Shown in pieces: positions 31,112-39,913 of a stretch of 64,000 nt of DNA; the first letter of the stretch is position 1; every line of letters begins with the position of its first letter. The notes beneath the pieces were generated by a model that searched no databases, was not told where the DNA came from, and worked only from the letters and a program-made list of their open reading frames with translations. The stretch is from Candidatus Anderseniibacteriota bacterium (GTDB taxonomy: Bacteria; Patescibacteriota; JAUYIX01): positions 65,293-129,292 of the forward strand of contig JAXLZN010000002.1 of the NCBI GenBank assembly GCA_046350905.1, written 5' to 3'. Made by a program: the position numbers and the translations under genes.

Positions 31112-31831
31112 ATGAAAAGGAGCCGTGGACCGATCTACCTCTCGGGCCTACACCTAGCTGCTACGTTTGCTCTGGTTGTTGTTCCCCTCGTGCTGCTCTT
31201 GGTCGTGGCGCTGGTTACCGGCATCAGCCCCGCCGGATTGTTCGGTGACATCGGCGTTTCTACGCTGCGGTTGCTCGTGGCCTACGTTGTCGCGGTAGTG
31301 CTGGCGTGGGTGGCGGCGGTGGCTTTTTACCACGGTCGCCGCGCCGCGGTGGCGCTGCCGATCTTTGACGTTCTGCAGAGCATTCCAAGTTTTGCGGCGC
31401 TGCCGTTTGCGGTCTACCTGCTCGGGCCGAGCAACGTAACCGTCGTACTCTTCCTCGTACTCGCGGTCATCTGGCCGATATTCTTTTCGGTGATTAGTTC
31501 GCTCAAGCAGGTGCAGTCGGACTGGCAAGATGTAGCGCGCGTCACCGACCTGCACGGCTGGCGCTACCTCTGGTACTTTTTGCTACCGATTACGCTACCC
31601 GGCCTCGTGACGGGGTCGATCGTCGGTCTCGGCGAAGGTTGGGAAGCGCTCGTGGCAACAGAAATTATTGTCGGGCCACACGCAGGTATCGGAAACTTTT
31701 TTCAGAACGTTGCCCACGATGTGACTGCCACGACGCTCGGCATCCTCGGCTTGCTCGTGCTGATCTTTAGCATCAACAAGCTGATCTGGCTGCCGCTCCT
31801 CGAGCGCAGCCACCGCCTCACGGAAGACTAA
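31112..31831 (+). CDS. ABC transporter permease (nitrate/sulfonate/taurine NitT-TauT-type)
   Basis: 239-aa ORF with six hydrophobic helices and a BPD_transp_1-like core (..VLQSIPSFAALPFAVYLLG.., ..ARVTDLHGWRYLWYFLLPITLPGLVTG..). Confidence 0.8.
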   Translation: MKRSRGPIYLSGLHLAATFALVVVPLVLLLVVALVTGISPAGLFGDIGVSTLRLLVAYVVAVVLAWVAAVAFYHGRRAAVALPIFDVLQSIPSFAALPFAVYLLGPSNVTVVLFLVLAVIWPIFFSVISSLKQVQSDWQDVARVTDLHGWRYLWYFLLPITLPGLVTGSIVGLGEGWEALVATEIIVGPHAGIGNFFQNVAHDVTATTLGILGLLVLIFSINKLIWLPLLERSHRLTED

Positions 31832-31832
31832 C

Positions 31833-32579
31833 GTGCCACGACCTGTTCTCACCGTCACGCACCTCTCCAAGTCGTTTACCTCTGACGACGGCCGGCGTAC
31901 GTCGGTACTCAGCAACGTGCACTTTTCGGTGCAGCGCGGCGAAATCTTTGTGCTGCTCGGACCGTCAGGTGTCGGTAAGTCGACCTTGCTGCGAACCATG
32001 GCCGGCCTCGAGCAGCCTGACCGGGGTGCGGTACGGCTTGATCCCTCGGTCGGGCGGCACGAGATCAGCGTTGTGTTCCAGCAGTTCGCGCTCCTGCCCT
32101 GGCTCACGATCGAACGCAACGTTGAGCTACCGCTGCTCGCGCGTGCCGTGCCAGCAGCCGAACGTCATCGCCGCGTGGCGCACGAGCTGCGACGTATGCG
32201 CCTCGGCGCGCTCAAGGAGGCGTACCCGCACGAACTCTCCGGTGGGCAGCGTCAGCGGGTCGGCATCGCGCGTGCCCTCGTTTCGCGCCCCACCATCATC
32301 TTTATGGACGAACCCTTTTCTGAGCTCGACTCATTTACGGCTGCAGCACTGCGCCGCGAGGTTCTAGAGATTTGGCGGGAGCAGCGAGTTACCTTTGTGA
32401 CGGTCACGCACAGCCTGCCCGAAGCGCTCGAGCTGGCTGACCACATCGCGGTACTGGCTGATCGTCCGGTGCGCAACGTGCGTGTGGTGCGCAATGATCT
32501 GCCGCGACCGCGCTCGCTCCGTTCGCCGGCCTTCTACCGACTCGAAGACCGGCTCAGCGCGCGCATCCATCCGCTCTAG
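31833..32579 (+). CDS. ABC transporter ATP-binding protein
   Basis: GPSGVGKSTLL (Walker A), LSGGQRQRVGIARAL (signature), IIFMDEPFSELD (Walker B). Starts 2 nt after the permease stop. Confidence 0.9.
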   Translation: MPRPVLTVTHLSKSFTSDDGRRTSVLSNVHFSVQRGEIFVLLGPSGVGKSTLLRTMAGLEQPDRGAVRLDPSVGRHEISVVFQQFALLPWLTIERNVELPLLARAVPAAERHRRVAHELRRMRLGALKEAYPHELSGGQRQRVGIARALVSRPTIIFMDEPFSELDSFTAAALRREVLEIWREQRVTFVTVTHSLPEALELADHIAVLADRPVRNVRVVRNDLPRPRSLRSPAFYRLEDRLSARIHPL

Positions 32580-32587
32580 CAGCGGTG

Positions 32588-32929
32588 CTAGCTACGTACG
32601 ATTGGCAGGCCTGCTTCGTGCCAGGCGTGCACGCCGCCGGCAATGCTTACGGCGGTAAAGCCCTTGCTCGCCGCAATCTGTGCCACCCGTCCGCTGCGCA
32701 CACCCGCGTAGCAGACAAAGACGAGCTGCTTGGTGGCGGGTGGGGCCGTGGTGATGCGTTCCAGCAGGTCGATCTGGCGTTGGTAGTCGCTGTGGGACGC
32801 ACCCGGCAGGTGCTCACGGGCAAAGGCGTCTGCATCGCGTACGTCGATGAGCGAGACGGTGGGCAGGAGTGCGTTGCCTTTGCCGTAGAGGAGCCGGGCG
32901 GCTTCGGTTGGGCTGATCTGGTTCGCCAT
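32588..32929 (-). CDS. rhodanese-domain sulfurtransferase
   Basis: MANQISPTEA..LIDVRDADAFAREHLPGA..VFVCYAGVRSGRVA (active-site Cys loop CxxGxR). Confidence 0.8.
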   Translation of the reverse strand: MANQISPTEAARLLYGKGNALLPTVSLIDVRDADAFAREHLPGASHSDYQRQIDLLERITTAPPATKQLVFVCYAGVRSGRVAQIAASKGFTAVSIAGGVHAWHEAGLPIVRS

Positions 32930-32952
32930 GGTCGTCGGCGTATACTGGCGCA

Positions 32953-33405
32953 ATGCGAGAAGCAGGTCCAGGTCCCAGCCGCGAGAGCCACCAGCACGAA
33001 GAGCGGAAAGCGACGGTGCTCGGCAACCTGCGCATGCTAGACGGCTACGCCCGCGATGCGCTGGCCAACGAACGCTGGACGCCGTACGAAACCCACGACG
33101 GCCACCATTTTTCCGGTGTAGAAATCAAAGGTTACTTTGACACGCAGAACGGCCGACTCACCTCCATCGGTGAGTACAAGGAGCGGGTCCCGGCTTACTG
33201 GTCGACCATCCGGATGTTCATGGGTGCCCCCAGGGGCAAAACAGTGATGGAGACCATGTCGAACTACCCACGCATCGCGGAGTGGGCCGTACCTAAGAGC
33301 GTGTCCGAGCGGTACCCCGAGGCGATGGCCGGCTTAGGGGCCTCGTTCCAGGCCTTTGAGCTCGACCGCAAGCGGCGGCACGCTGAGCAGCAGCGTCCGC
33401 TCTAA
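32953..33405 (+). CDS. hypothetical protein
   Basis: Intact 150-aa ORF filling an otherwise empty gap. No family recognised. Confidence 0.45.
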   Translation: MREAGPGPSRESHQHEERKATVLGNLRMLDGYARDALANERWTPYETHDGHHFSGVEIKGYFDTQNGRLTSIGEYKERVPAYWSTIRMFMGAPRGKTVMETMSNYPRIAEWAVPKSVSERYPEAMAGLGASFQAFELDRKRRHAEQQRPL

Positions 33406-33422
33406 ACCTACGTTGTGCTACC

Positions 33423-33498
33423 TGGTCGGGGTGCGCGGACTTGAACCGCGGACCTCACGGTCCCGAACCGTGCGCTCTACCAACTGAGCTACACCCCG
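33423..33498 (-). tRNA. tRNA-Pro (anticodon CGG), CCA encoded
   Basis: Hand-folded: acceptor CGGGGTG/CACCCCG, anticodon stem CACGG/CCGTG with loop TTCGGGA. Confidence 0.9.
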
Positions 33499-33586
33499 AC
33501 GTGAAGAGCATCCTAGAGGCGCGTGGTTCGATCGTCAAAGAATCTGGAACCTCTATTTATGTAACCAGTAAGTATCACAGGTTCCA

Positions 33587-34261
33587 ATGTCGTGGCACAA
33601 TCCCCGCGTGCCACGATTGACACGTGAGACAATTAGGCAGCTCAAACGCCACCGGGCACTGGGCAAGAGTTACAAGGAACTCATCCAGTTGTTCTCACTG
33701 CCAAAGACAACGATCTGGCATCACGTGCATGCCGTCAAAATGTCTTCAAGGTATCGGTGGGTTTGGAAATCCAAGCGAGGAGGAAGCGCAACCCGTAACA
33801 GGAGGAGGTGGGAAGAAGCTCGTAATCAAGCACGTACCTTGCTCTCTGGGAAAGATCGAGAATTGGTGGTGATCTGGGCAATGCTGTACTGGGCGGAAGG
33901 CCGAAAGCACAGCGAGTTTGCATTAGTGAATACGGATCCAGACCTAATCCGCCTCTACCTCCTAGTTGTAAGAAGTATTTTGAAAGTTCCTGAAGATCAG
34001 GTGGTTGGAACCGTAAGAATTTTTTCGGGTACGAGCGAAGAGGCCTCCGTCAGGTACTGGTCGCGCACTACTGGTATTGCCCAAAAATTGCTTCGCGTAC
34101 GTTTCAATGATGGTGGAAATCACGGCAGAACTCCTTACGGTCTATGCAGAATCACGATTCGAAAAGGCGGGCGCTACTTGAAGTTAGCGCGCTGCGTAGT
34201 AGAAGGTGTTCTAGAGCAGTACTGTAACGGTACTCTCGTAAAACTGGCCCCCGTCGCTTAA
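33587..34261 (+). CDS. free-standing HTH + LAGLIDADG-like homing-endonuclease-family protein (low GC)
   Basis: 224-aa ORF with an N-terminal HTH-like LGKSYKELIQLFSLPKTTIWHHV, then VVIWAMLYWAEGRKHSEFALVNTD, which resembles a LAGLIDADG-type helix plus acidic residue. GC is clearly below the flanks. The last 15 nt overlap tRNA-Arg. Confidence 0.5.
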   Translation: MSWHNPRVPRLTRETIRQLKRHRALGKSYKELIQLFSLPKTTIWHHVHAVKMSSRYRWVWKSKRGGSATRNRRRWEEARNQARTLLSGKDRELVVIWAMLYWAEGRKHSEFALVNTDPDLIRLYLLVVRSILKVPEDQVVGTVRIFSGTSEEASVRYWSRTTGIAQKLLRVRFNDGGNHGRTPYGLCRITIRKGGRYLKLARCVVEGVLEQYCNGTLVKLAPVA

Positions 34262-34323
34262 TGGACTAAAGCGTCCCTGTCCTAAAGGGAAGACTGCAGG
34301 TTCGATTCCTGCCGGGGGTACCA
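34247..34323 (+). tRNA. tRNA-Arg (anticodon CCU), CCA encoded
   Basis: Hand-folded: acceptor GCCCCCG/CGGGGGT, D stem GCTT/AAGC, anticodon stem TCCCT/AGGGA with loop GTCCTAA, T arm GCAGG-TTCGATT-CCTGC. Confidence 0.9.
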
Positions 34324-34375
34324 AAAAAGGAGGGCGAACCGCTACGTGCGCGGTTCGCCCAAGGGCTGCTGTCAT

Positions 34376-35935
34376 CTACTTCCACTTGCTGGCCGGCCAC
34401 AGGCTGTAGCCATCCGAAGCCGCGACGTACCACGAGCCGTTGAGTAGGTAGGCAAGGTCGTCGCGCCTGTCGCCGGTGAAATCTGCGGCAATGCGCAGGG
34501 TCGACCCGCTCGCCTGTCCCTGCGTGCGTGGGTTGTTGTCGACGTGGAACCCGCCAGCGCCGAGGCCGTAGGAGTTCCAGACGGTGACATAGCCTGGCCA
34601 GCTACCGAACTGGTGCCAGAAGGCCCAGGCGTCAGCCGCGCCGTTGCCGTCGATGTCACCCAGGAGCTGGTCGTTGGAGGCATCACCGTGCCCCACCGCC
34701 CACAAGCCGTACGAGGTTCCAAACGTGCCGTCCGGCTGCCCAGCTGCTCCGTACCAGCTGTCGTCTTGGGCAAAGTAGGCAAAGGCGTCAACCCGTCCGT
34801 CGCCGGTCACGTCACGCACCAATCGCTTGGTCGAACCAGTGCCGTGCCCGAGGATGCCCCACTGCGGCCAGCCAAAGTGCACGCCGTCCGACAATGCCAC
34901 GTACCAGTTACCGTTGACGTAGCCGATGAAGTCGTCGCGTCCGTCCCCGTCGACGTCGCCGAAGAACTTGTTCTCCATGGCGTGCTGCCAGATCGGTGCT
35001 GAGGTTGCCTTGTACCAGTTGTTGAAGCCGGTGCCGTTGGAGAGCGCACAGTACACGTTGCCGTCGCTATCGAAGTAGGCAAAGGCATCGTAGCGGCCGT
35101 CGCCGTTCATGTCGCCCACGCCTTGCCAGTCGGAGTGGGTACCGTGCCCTTGCGCAAACCAGGTCTGCTGCACAAAGCTTGACCCGGTTGAGAGCAGCAC
35201 ATCCCAGCGGCCCGTATCGCAGTAGAACTTGGCGATGTCCATGCGCCCGTCTCCGTTGAAGTCGCCTGCCCTGTTGAGGTAAACGAACGAACCTGGCTGG
35301 CAGCTCGGGGGTGGCGGCGTGCCTTGGTGCGCGGCGATGAACCCGTTCGGTTCCCACCAGCTGTTCAGGCCAGCCGGGGTCGGCGTGTACCCCGCGACGC
35401 ACTCTGGCCAGCTGTAGCCTCCCTTGCGGATTCCAAAGTGGAGGTGGTGCCAGTTCTGGGTAGGAGGACAGTTCATGTAGTCAGCGACCCGTGCGATGTA
35501 CTGGCCGCGTGCAACAGTTGATCCGGCGGGAACCAGGCCGGTTTGGGCGGATGGATTGTAGGCGCCGCCCTGCACGTGTCCGAGCGTTGAGCACACCTTG
35601 GAGCCATCTGAGAGGGTGTGCTCAATGACAACGACGTAGCCGTAGCAGCTGTTTCCACCACACGGCACGCAGCCGTACCCGCTAGCGGTTGATGCAAACC
35701 TCACCTTTCCGTCGGCTGGCGCGTAGACCTTGGTACCGGTGGGTGTCCGGCTGACGTTGGTGTCCTGTGCGAGATGGTACCAGTTGTTGAAGTACGGATT
35801 CTGTTCGCCGAAGCCCTGGCCGTACTGTGAGACGTAGCTCCAGTTGTTGAGCGGGTACTGCCAGATGTCGGCAGCTCCCAATCCGATGCGGGGAAGCGCT
35901 ACCAGGAGCAGCGCCGAGAGAGTTGTTCGCCACAT
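34376..35935 (-). CDS. secreted M23-family metallopeptidase fused to six FG-GAP/VCBS-type repeats
   Basis: 519-aa ORF with a signal peptide (LLLVALPRIGLGAA). M23 motifs YHLAQD (HxxxD) and WHHLHFG (HxH). Repeats: GDFNGDGRMD, GDMNGDGRYD, GDVDGDGRDD, DVTGDGRVD, GDIDGNGAAD, ADFTGDRRDD. Confidence 0.85.
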   Translation of the reverse strand: MWRTTLSALLLVALPRIGLGAADIWQYPLNNWSYVSQYGQGFGEQNPYFNNWYHLAQDTNVSRTPTGTKVYAPADGKVRFASTASGYGCVPCGGNSCYGYVVVIEHTLSDGSKVCSTLGHVQGGAYNPSAQTGLVPAGSTVARGQYIARVADYMNCPPTQNWHHLHFGIRKGGYSWPECVAGYTPTPAGLNSWWEPNGFIAAHQGTPPPPSCQPGSFVYLNRAGDFNGDGRMDIAKFYCDTGRWDVLLSTGSSFVQQTWFAQGHGTHSDWQGVGDMNGDGRYDAFAYFDSDGNVYCALSNGTGFNNWYKATSAPIWQHAMENKFFGDVDGDGRDDFIGYVNGNWYVALSDGVHFGWPQWGILGHGTGSTKRLVRDVTGDGRVDAFAYFAQDDSWYGAAGQPDGTFGTSYGLWAVGHGDASNDQLLGDIDGNGAADAWAFWHQFGSWPGYVTVWNSYGLGAGGFHVDNNPRTQGQASGSTLRIAADFTGDRRDDLAYLLNGSWYVAASDGYSLWPASKWK

Positions 35936-36028
35936 GAGGATGACTCCTTTGCTGCGGTTGTTAAGAAACCGCAGTCACCTTCACGCACCCAGGCTTACCA
36001 AAAGATGAGGCATTGATTACGGATTGAT

Positions 36029-36056
36029 AAAAAACAGCGCCGCTTCCGCGGCGCTG
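36029..36056 (-). terminator. rho-independent terminator after the lipoprotein gene
   Basis: Minus strand: CAGCGCCGC-GGAA-GCGGCGCTG followed by TTTTTT. Confidence 0.75.
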
Positions 36057-36072
36057 CCTACGAGTGGCGCGC

Positions 36073-36705
36073 TTAGAGAAAGGAGAACGAACCCACCACC
36101 ACCTGGAAGTCTGCTGTGCCCCGATCTTTTTGGTGTGAAAAATCGTAGACTCTCCCATCGTCCCGCACAAAAGCCACGGAGACCTGATCGGGCGTACCTT
36201 GGTTCCCGTACAAACCCGGGCTAGCGGGTGCAGGCATGCCAGGCCTGATGTAGTCGTAGCGAACACCGTGCTCCAGCTTGGTTGTGCTGGTGAGCTGTAC
36301 GGCACTCGAATGTACGTACCCCTCAACGCTCGTGGCGCTCGAGCTCATCTGCTGCAGCATCTGCTTTTCGGTCGAGAACGCGACCAGCGCAACTTCGGTG
36401 TCGATGCTGGCACTGCTAAACCCAAAGAAAGGTGCTTGCAGGCCGGCCGGGCAGCCTTCCACGCAGGCTGTTCCTTCGTGCACGCTCAGAGTAGCGGGGT
36501 AGTGGACCGAAAATCCGAGCCCAGGTTTGGACAGCGTTTGCGTGGAAACGCTTGTTCCAGGGGTTGACTGCGCGTTTATGGAACTCGGTTGGTTGCTGGA
36601 CGTTTGGTTCGTCGCATTTTGCGGCTGGTTCGCTGCCTGAAACCACGTGCAGCCCGAGAGCAGCACGGTAAACGCGGCGAGGACGGCGAGGAGAGCGGGC
36701 TTCAT
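36073..36705 (-). CDS. hypothetical lipoprotein
   Basis: 210-aa ORF. MKPALLAVLAAFTVLLSGC is a signal peptide with a lipobox (LSGC). A Ser/Thr/Asn/Gln-rich linker follows. Confidence 0.7.
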   Translation of the reverse strand: MKPALLAVLAAFTVLLSGCTWFQAANQPQNATNQTSSNQPSSINAQSTPGTSVSTQTLSKPGLGFSVHYPATLSVHEGTACVEGCPAGLQAPFFGFSSASIDTEVALVAFSTEKQMLQQMSSSATSVEGYVHSSAVQLTSTTKLEHGVRYDYIRPGMPAPASPGLYGNQGTPDQVSVAFVRDDGRVYDFSHQKDRGTADFQVVVGSFSFL

Positions 36706-36776
36706 AGGTGGATGGGGTTATGAATAGCGCAGCGAGGCTACCTAGCCAAAGCTTAACAATCCTTTAAGCCAAATGG

Positions 36777-38309
36777 GTGTTTTTCCACCCACACCACAGA
36801 CACGTGCTAGCATGCCGCACTCAAATGGTGCTGGAAGCGTTCCCAACCCCAAAGGAGCCCGCTGCTGATCTGGTGGCGCTCCGGGGTTCGCTCGCCGATC
36901 AGCTCGAGAGCAACCGCGCCAGCCTGGTCCAGACCTGGGTGAGCGAACTCCGCCGCACCCTGCACCTCCCCACCACCACGGGCCTCCCTGACCCCGCAAC
37001 CCAGGCCCTCTCCTACAAGGAGCTCGACCGGCTACTCCAGCAGCTGATCCAGGCGATCCGCGACGACGACTACGCCGCTCTGCCCGACGCCGCCGCGGCC
37101 AACCACCATGAACCGCGGGAGCACGCCTACAGCATCGTGCCGCTGCTCGCCAAGCTCACCATCTTGGGCGACACGCTCCGCCGCCACGTTGCGGGTGACG
37201 CCGCGGCGCTCTACCTGCTCGACCGTGTACTCATCAAGCTCTCGGTCGAAGCCACGCTCGTGTTTGCCGCGCGCCGCAAGCAATCCTTTGATCGCATCAC
37301 CGACCGCAGCGAAACGCTCAAAGAAACGCTCGAAGCGATCCTCGACTCTTCGCCGGTCGGCATCCTCGTGACCGACCGCGACGGCTACATCACCTACTTT
37401 AACCGCGAGCAGGAGCGCGTCTCGGGCGTCAGCCGCGACAAGGCGCTCGGCCGTAAGCTCTACGTTGAGTACGCCCGCCGTACCGCCGAAGATGTTCGCG
37501 CAGCTTTCCGTAAAGCGGTCGAGCAGGGCGCTACCACGAGCTTTCTGCGCCGACGCTACGAAGGTCGAGGCGGTGCGCAGATCCTCGACGTGCAGATGGG
37601 CCCGATCCGCGACGACGCCGGTCGCATCGCCGGCACGGTCCACATCTGCCGCGACGTCAGCGACCTGGCCACGCTCGAGGACAAGCTCCTCCAGCGCAAC
37701 CGCGAGTTGGCCGCCAAGGTGCACGAGCTCGAAGAGGCCTACACCTACATCGGCAAGGTCAACCGGCAGTTCGCCTCGCTCATCGACGTCAACAGCACGC
37801 TCGGCACGCAGCTCTCCCTCGACAAGGTGCTCGACTTTATCGTGCGCTCGGCTGCCATGCTGACCCGTGCACGCCTGGTGACCCTGCGGCGCCTCGAGCC
37901 CAACGGGCGAACCCTGACGCTCGCCGCGCACTACGGCTTTACCGCTGAGCAAGCCGCGCACTACCGCCCGGTCGACATCGACCAGAGCGTGATCGGCCGC
38001 GTGATCCGCGAAAATCGTCCCATCCTCGTCGTCGACCTCAACCACGACGTGACGTTCCAGTTCCCCGAGCTCGTCGAGGATTTTGGCCTCAAGTCGCTCG
38101 TCTCGGTGCCGCTCAACTCGCGCGGCCGCACCATCGGCACCCTCTCGATCCACCTACCTGAGTCGCGCAGCTTCTCCAACCTCGAGCTCAACTTTTTGAT
38201 CGCCCTCGCCAACCAGGCCGCTCTCGCCATCGACCTGGAGCGAACCCTCCGCACCGCCCGCCGTCCGGCCCCAACGCCCGGCCGTCTCCCGATTTCTGCC
38301 AAGCCATGA
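36777..38309 (+). CDS. PAS-GAF sensor-domain protein without recognisable output domain (start may be ATG 36825)
   Basis: 510-aa ORF. PAS: LEAILDSSPVGILVTDRDGYITYFNREQERVSGV. GAF: LDKVLDFIVRSAAMLTRARLVTLRRL...LVSVPLNSRGRTIGTLSIH. The stop overlaps the rnhB ATG (ATGA). Confidence 0.75.
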   Translation: MFFHPHHRHVLACRTQMVLEAFPTPKEPAADLVALRGSLADQLESNRASLVQTWVSELRRTLHLPTTTGLPDPATQALSYKELDRLLQQLIQAIRDDDYAALPDAAAANHHEPREHAYSIVPLLAKLTILGDTLRRHVAGDAAALYLLDRVLIKLSVEATLVFAARRKQSFDRITDRSETLKETLEAILDSSPVGILVTDRDGYITYFNREQERVSGVSRDKALGRKLYVEYARRTAEDVRAAFRKAVEQGATTSFLRRRYEGRGGAQILDVQMGPIRDDAGRIAGTVHICRDVSDLATLEDKLLQRNRELAAKVHELEEAYTYIGKVNRQFASLIDVNSTLGTQLSLDKVLDFIVRSAAMLTRARLVTLRRLEPNGRTLTLAAHYGFTAEQAAHYRPVDIDQSVIGRVIRENRPILVVDLNHDVTFQFPELVEDFGLKSLVSVPLNSRGRTIGTLSIHLPESRSFSNLELNFLIALANQAALAIDLERTLRTARRPAPTPGRLPISAKP

Positions 38310-39445
38310 GCCCCGTCGGCATCGCTACCCGCAAGCGTACCGTTGCCCGCGCCAGCTTCCGCCTAGAAAACCAGCTCTACCGGGCGGGGTACCAGGTTGT
38401 GGCGGGCCTCGACGAGGTTGGCGTCGGCGCCTGGGCTGGCCCAGTCGTTGCCGCGGCTTGTATTCTCCCGCGCACGCTCAGCATCGGCACCATCTTTGAC
38501 TCCAAGAGCCTGACCAAGCTGCAGCGTCGTGATCTGCAGCAGCTCGTGGTTAAGAAATCGTTAAGCTTTGGCATCGGCGAGGCTTCTGCGCAAGAGGTTG
38601 AACGCTTTGGCATGACGCAAGCGCTCAAGCGGGCGTACGTTCGCGCCGTAGGCAACCTCACGCTCAAGCCAGACGTGCTGCTGCTGGATGGACGCGAGGT
38701 GCGCGGCTTGCCGTTTGAGCACCGCGCCGTCGTCGACGCGGACCAAAAGTGCAAGTGCGTGGCGGCCGCCTCGATTATCGCCAAGGAGTACCGCGATGCG
38801 CTCATGACGCGGCTCGCCCCGGAGTACCCCGCGTACGGTTTTGAGGTGCACAAGGGCTACGGCACGCCGCAGCACCAGCGCGCCCTGCTCGAGCACGGCA
38901 TCAGCCCGATCCACCGCAAGAGCTACCGCTGGATTCAGCAGCTGCTGGCAGGCACCACGCCCGACACGGCCGCCACGCGAGTACCTGGCTGCGGCTCAGA
39001 TGGGCTCGGCAGCCTGGGTGCTACTATTGCGGGCACATGGCCCGCTCCGCCAAACGTTCTCGTACCTCCAGTACGTCAAAGCTGCTCGCTCAAGGTGCGG
39101 CAGGTGCAGCGAACCGTACGACGCCCAGCCCCGCTCGCGCCATCAACTACATCTGCTCGACCGCCCGCCGCCCGGGCGCGTGCGTCGTCCGGTCCACCCA
39201 AGCCGGTGACCCCGACCCCCGAGCGGGTCGAGCAGGTCATGCCTGCCTCACCGGTCGGCCGAGCGAGCCCCGCCGTCCCGCCGACCAAGCCTGCTCGTCA
39301 GCCGCAGCGTACCGCGAGCCGCACCGGCATGGCCTACCAGCCGCCGCACCTCGATTTTATGGATCCAGCCACGGCGCTCCGGCACGCCCACATCAAGTCG
39401 GCCGAGCTGTCGTCGCCGACCTCGGCGCCGGCGCGGGCTTCTTGA
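38306..39445 (+). CDS. rnhB: ribonuclease HII (catalytic domain ~38306-38950; the ORF stays open through a Pro/Ala/Arg-rich stretch)
   Basis: GLDEVGVGAWAGPVVAAA (DEVG motif), DSKSLT, AAASIIAKEYRD and HKGYGTPQH. After ..SYRWIQQLL the frame continues ~165 aa without a stop. Confidence 0.8.
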   Translation: MSPVGIATRKRTVARASFRLENQLYRAGYQVVAGLDEVGVGAWAGPVVAAACILPRTLSIGTIFDSKSLTKLQRRDLQQLVVKKSLSFGIGEASAQEVERFGMTQALKRAYVRAVGNLTLKPDVLLLDGREVRGLPFEHRAVVDADQKCKCVAAASIIAKEYRDALMTRLAPEYPAYGFEVHKGYGTPQHQRALLEHGISPIHRKSYRWIQQLLAGTTPDTAATRVPGCGSDGLGSLGATIAGTWPAPPNVLVPPVRQSCSLKVRQVQRTVRRPAPLAPSTTSARPPAARARASSGPPKPVTPTPERVEQVMPASPVGRASPAVPPTKPARQPQRTASRTGMAYQPPHLDFMDPATALRHAHIKSAELSSPTSAPARAS

Positions 39446-39894
39446 GCATCCTCGCGGCGCGGGCCGTCGGTCCGGTCGGCGTGGTCTACGCAGTCGACAT
39501 TCTCCAAGACAACCTGCGCGCCATCCGCAGCCAGGCGGCGCTCTTCGGCCTCCCCAACGTGGTAACGATCTGGGCCGACCTCGAGGTGCCGGGTTCGACC
39601 AAGATCCCCAACGACACGTGCGACGCGACGCTGCTCTTTAAGGTGCTCTGCCAGCAGGAGGCGCACGAAAAAACCCTGCGCGAAGCCGTGCGCATCACCA
39701 AGCCGGGTGGCCGCGTGATCCTGACCGAGTGGGCCGAGGCGCGGTTTGGCTTCTGCCCGCCTGAGCGCATCGTCCAAAAGCCCCAGGCCGTCCAGCTCGC
39801 TCGGAACCTCGGCCTCGAGCTCGTCGAGGAGCACACCATCGACAGCTTCCACTACATGCTGGAGTTCAAGAAGGTGGCGGCGCGAACCATTTAG
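39329..39894 (+). CDS. class I SAM-dependent methyltransferase (apparent frameshift near 39405; start uncertain)
   Basis: MAYQPPHLDFMDPATALRHAHIK lies in the rnhB frame. VVADLGAGAGFLSILAARAVGPVGVVYAVDI (motif I) ..ITKPGGRVIL lies in ORF 39037..39894. Confidence 0.7.
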
Positions 39895-39913
39895 TTCTAG
39901 CCTGCCGACCAAG

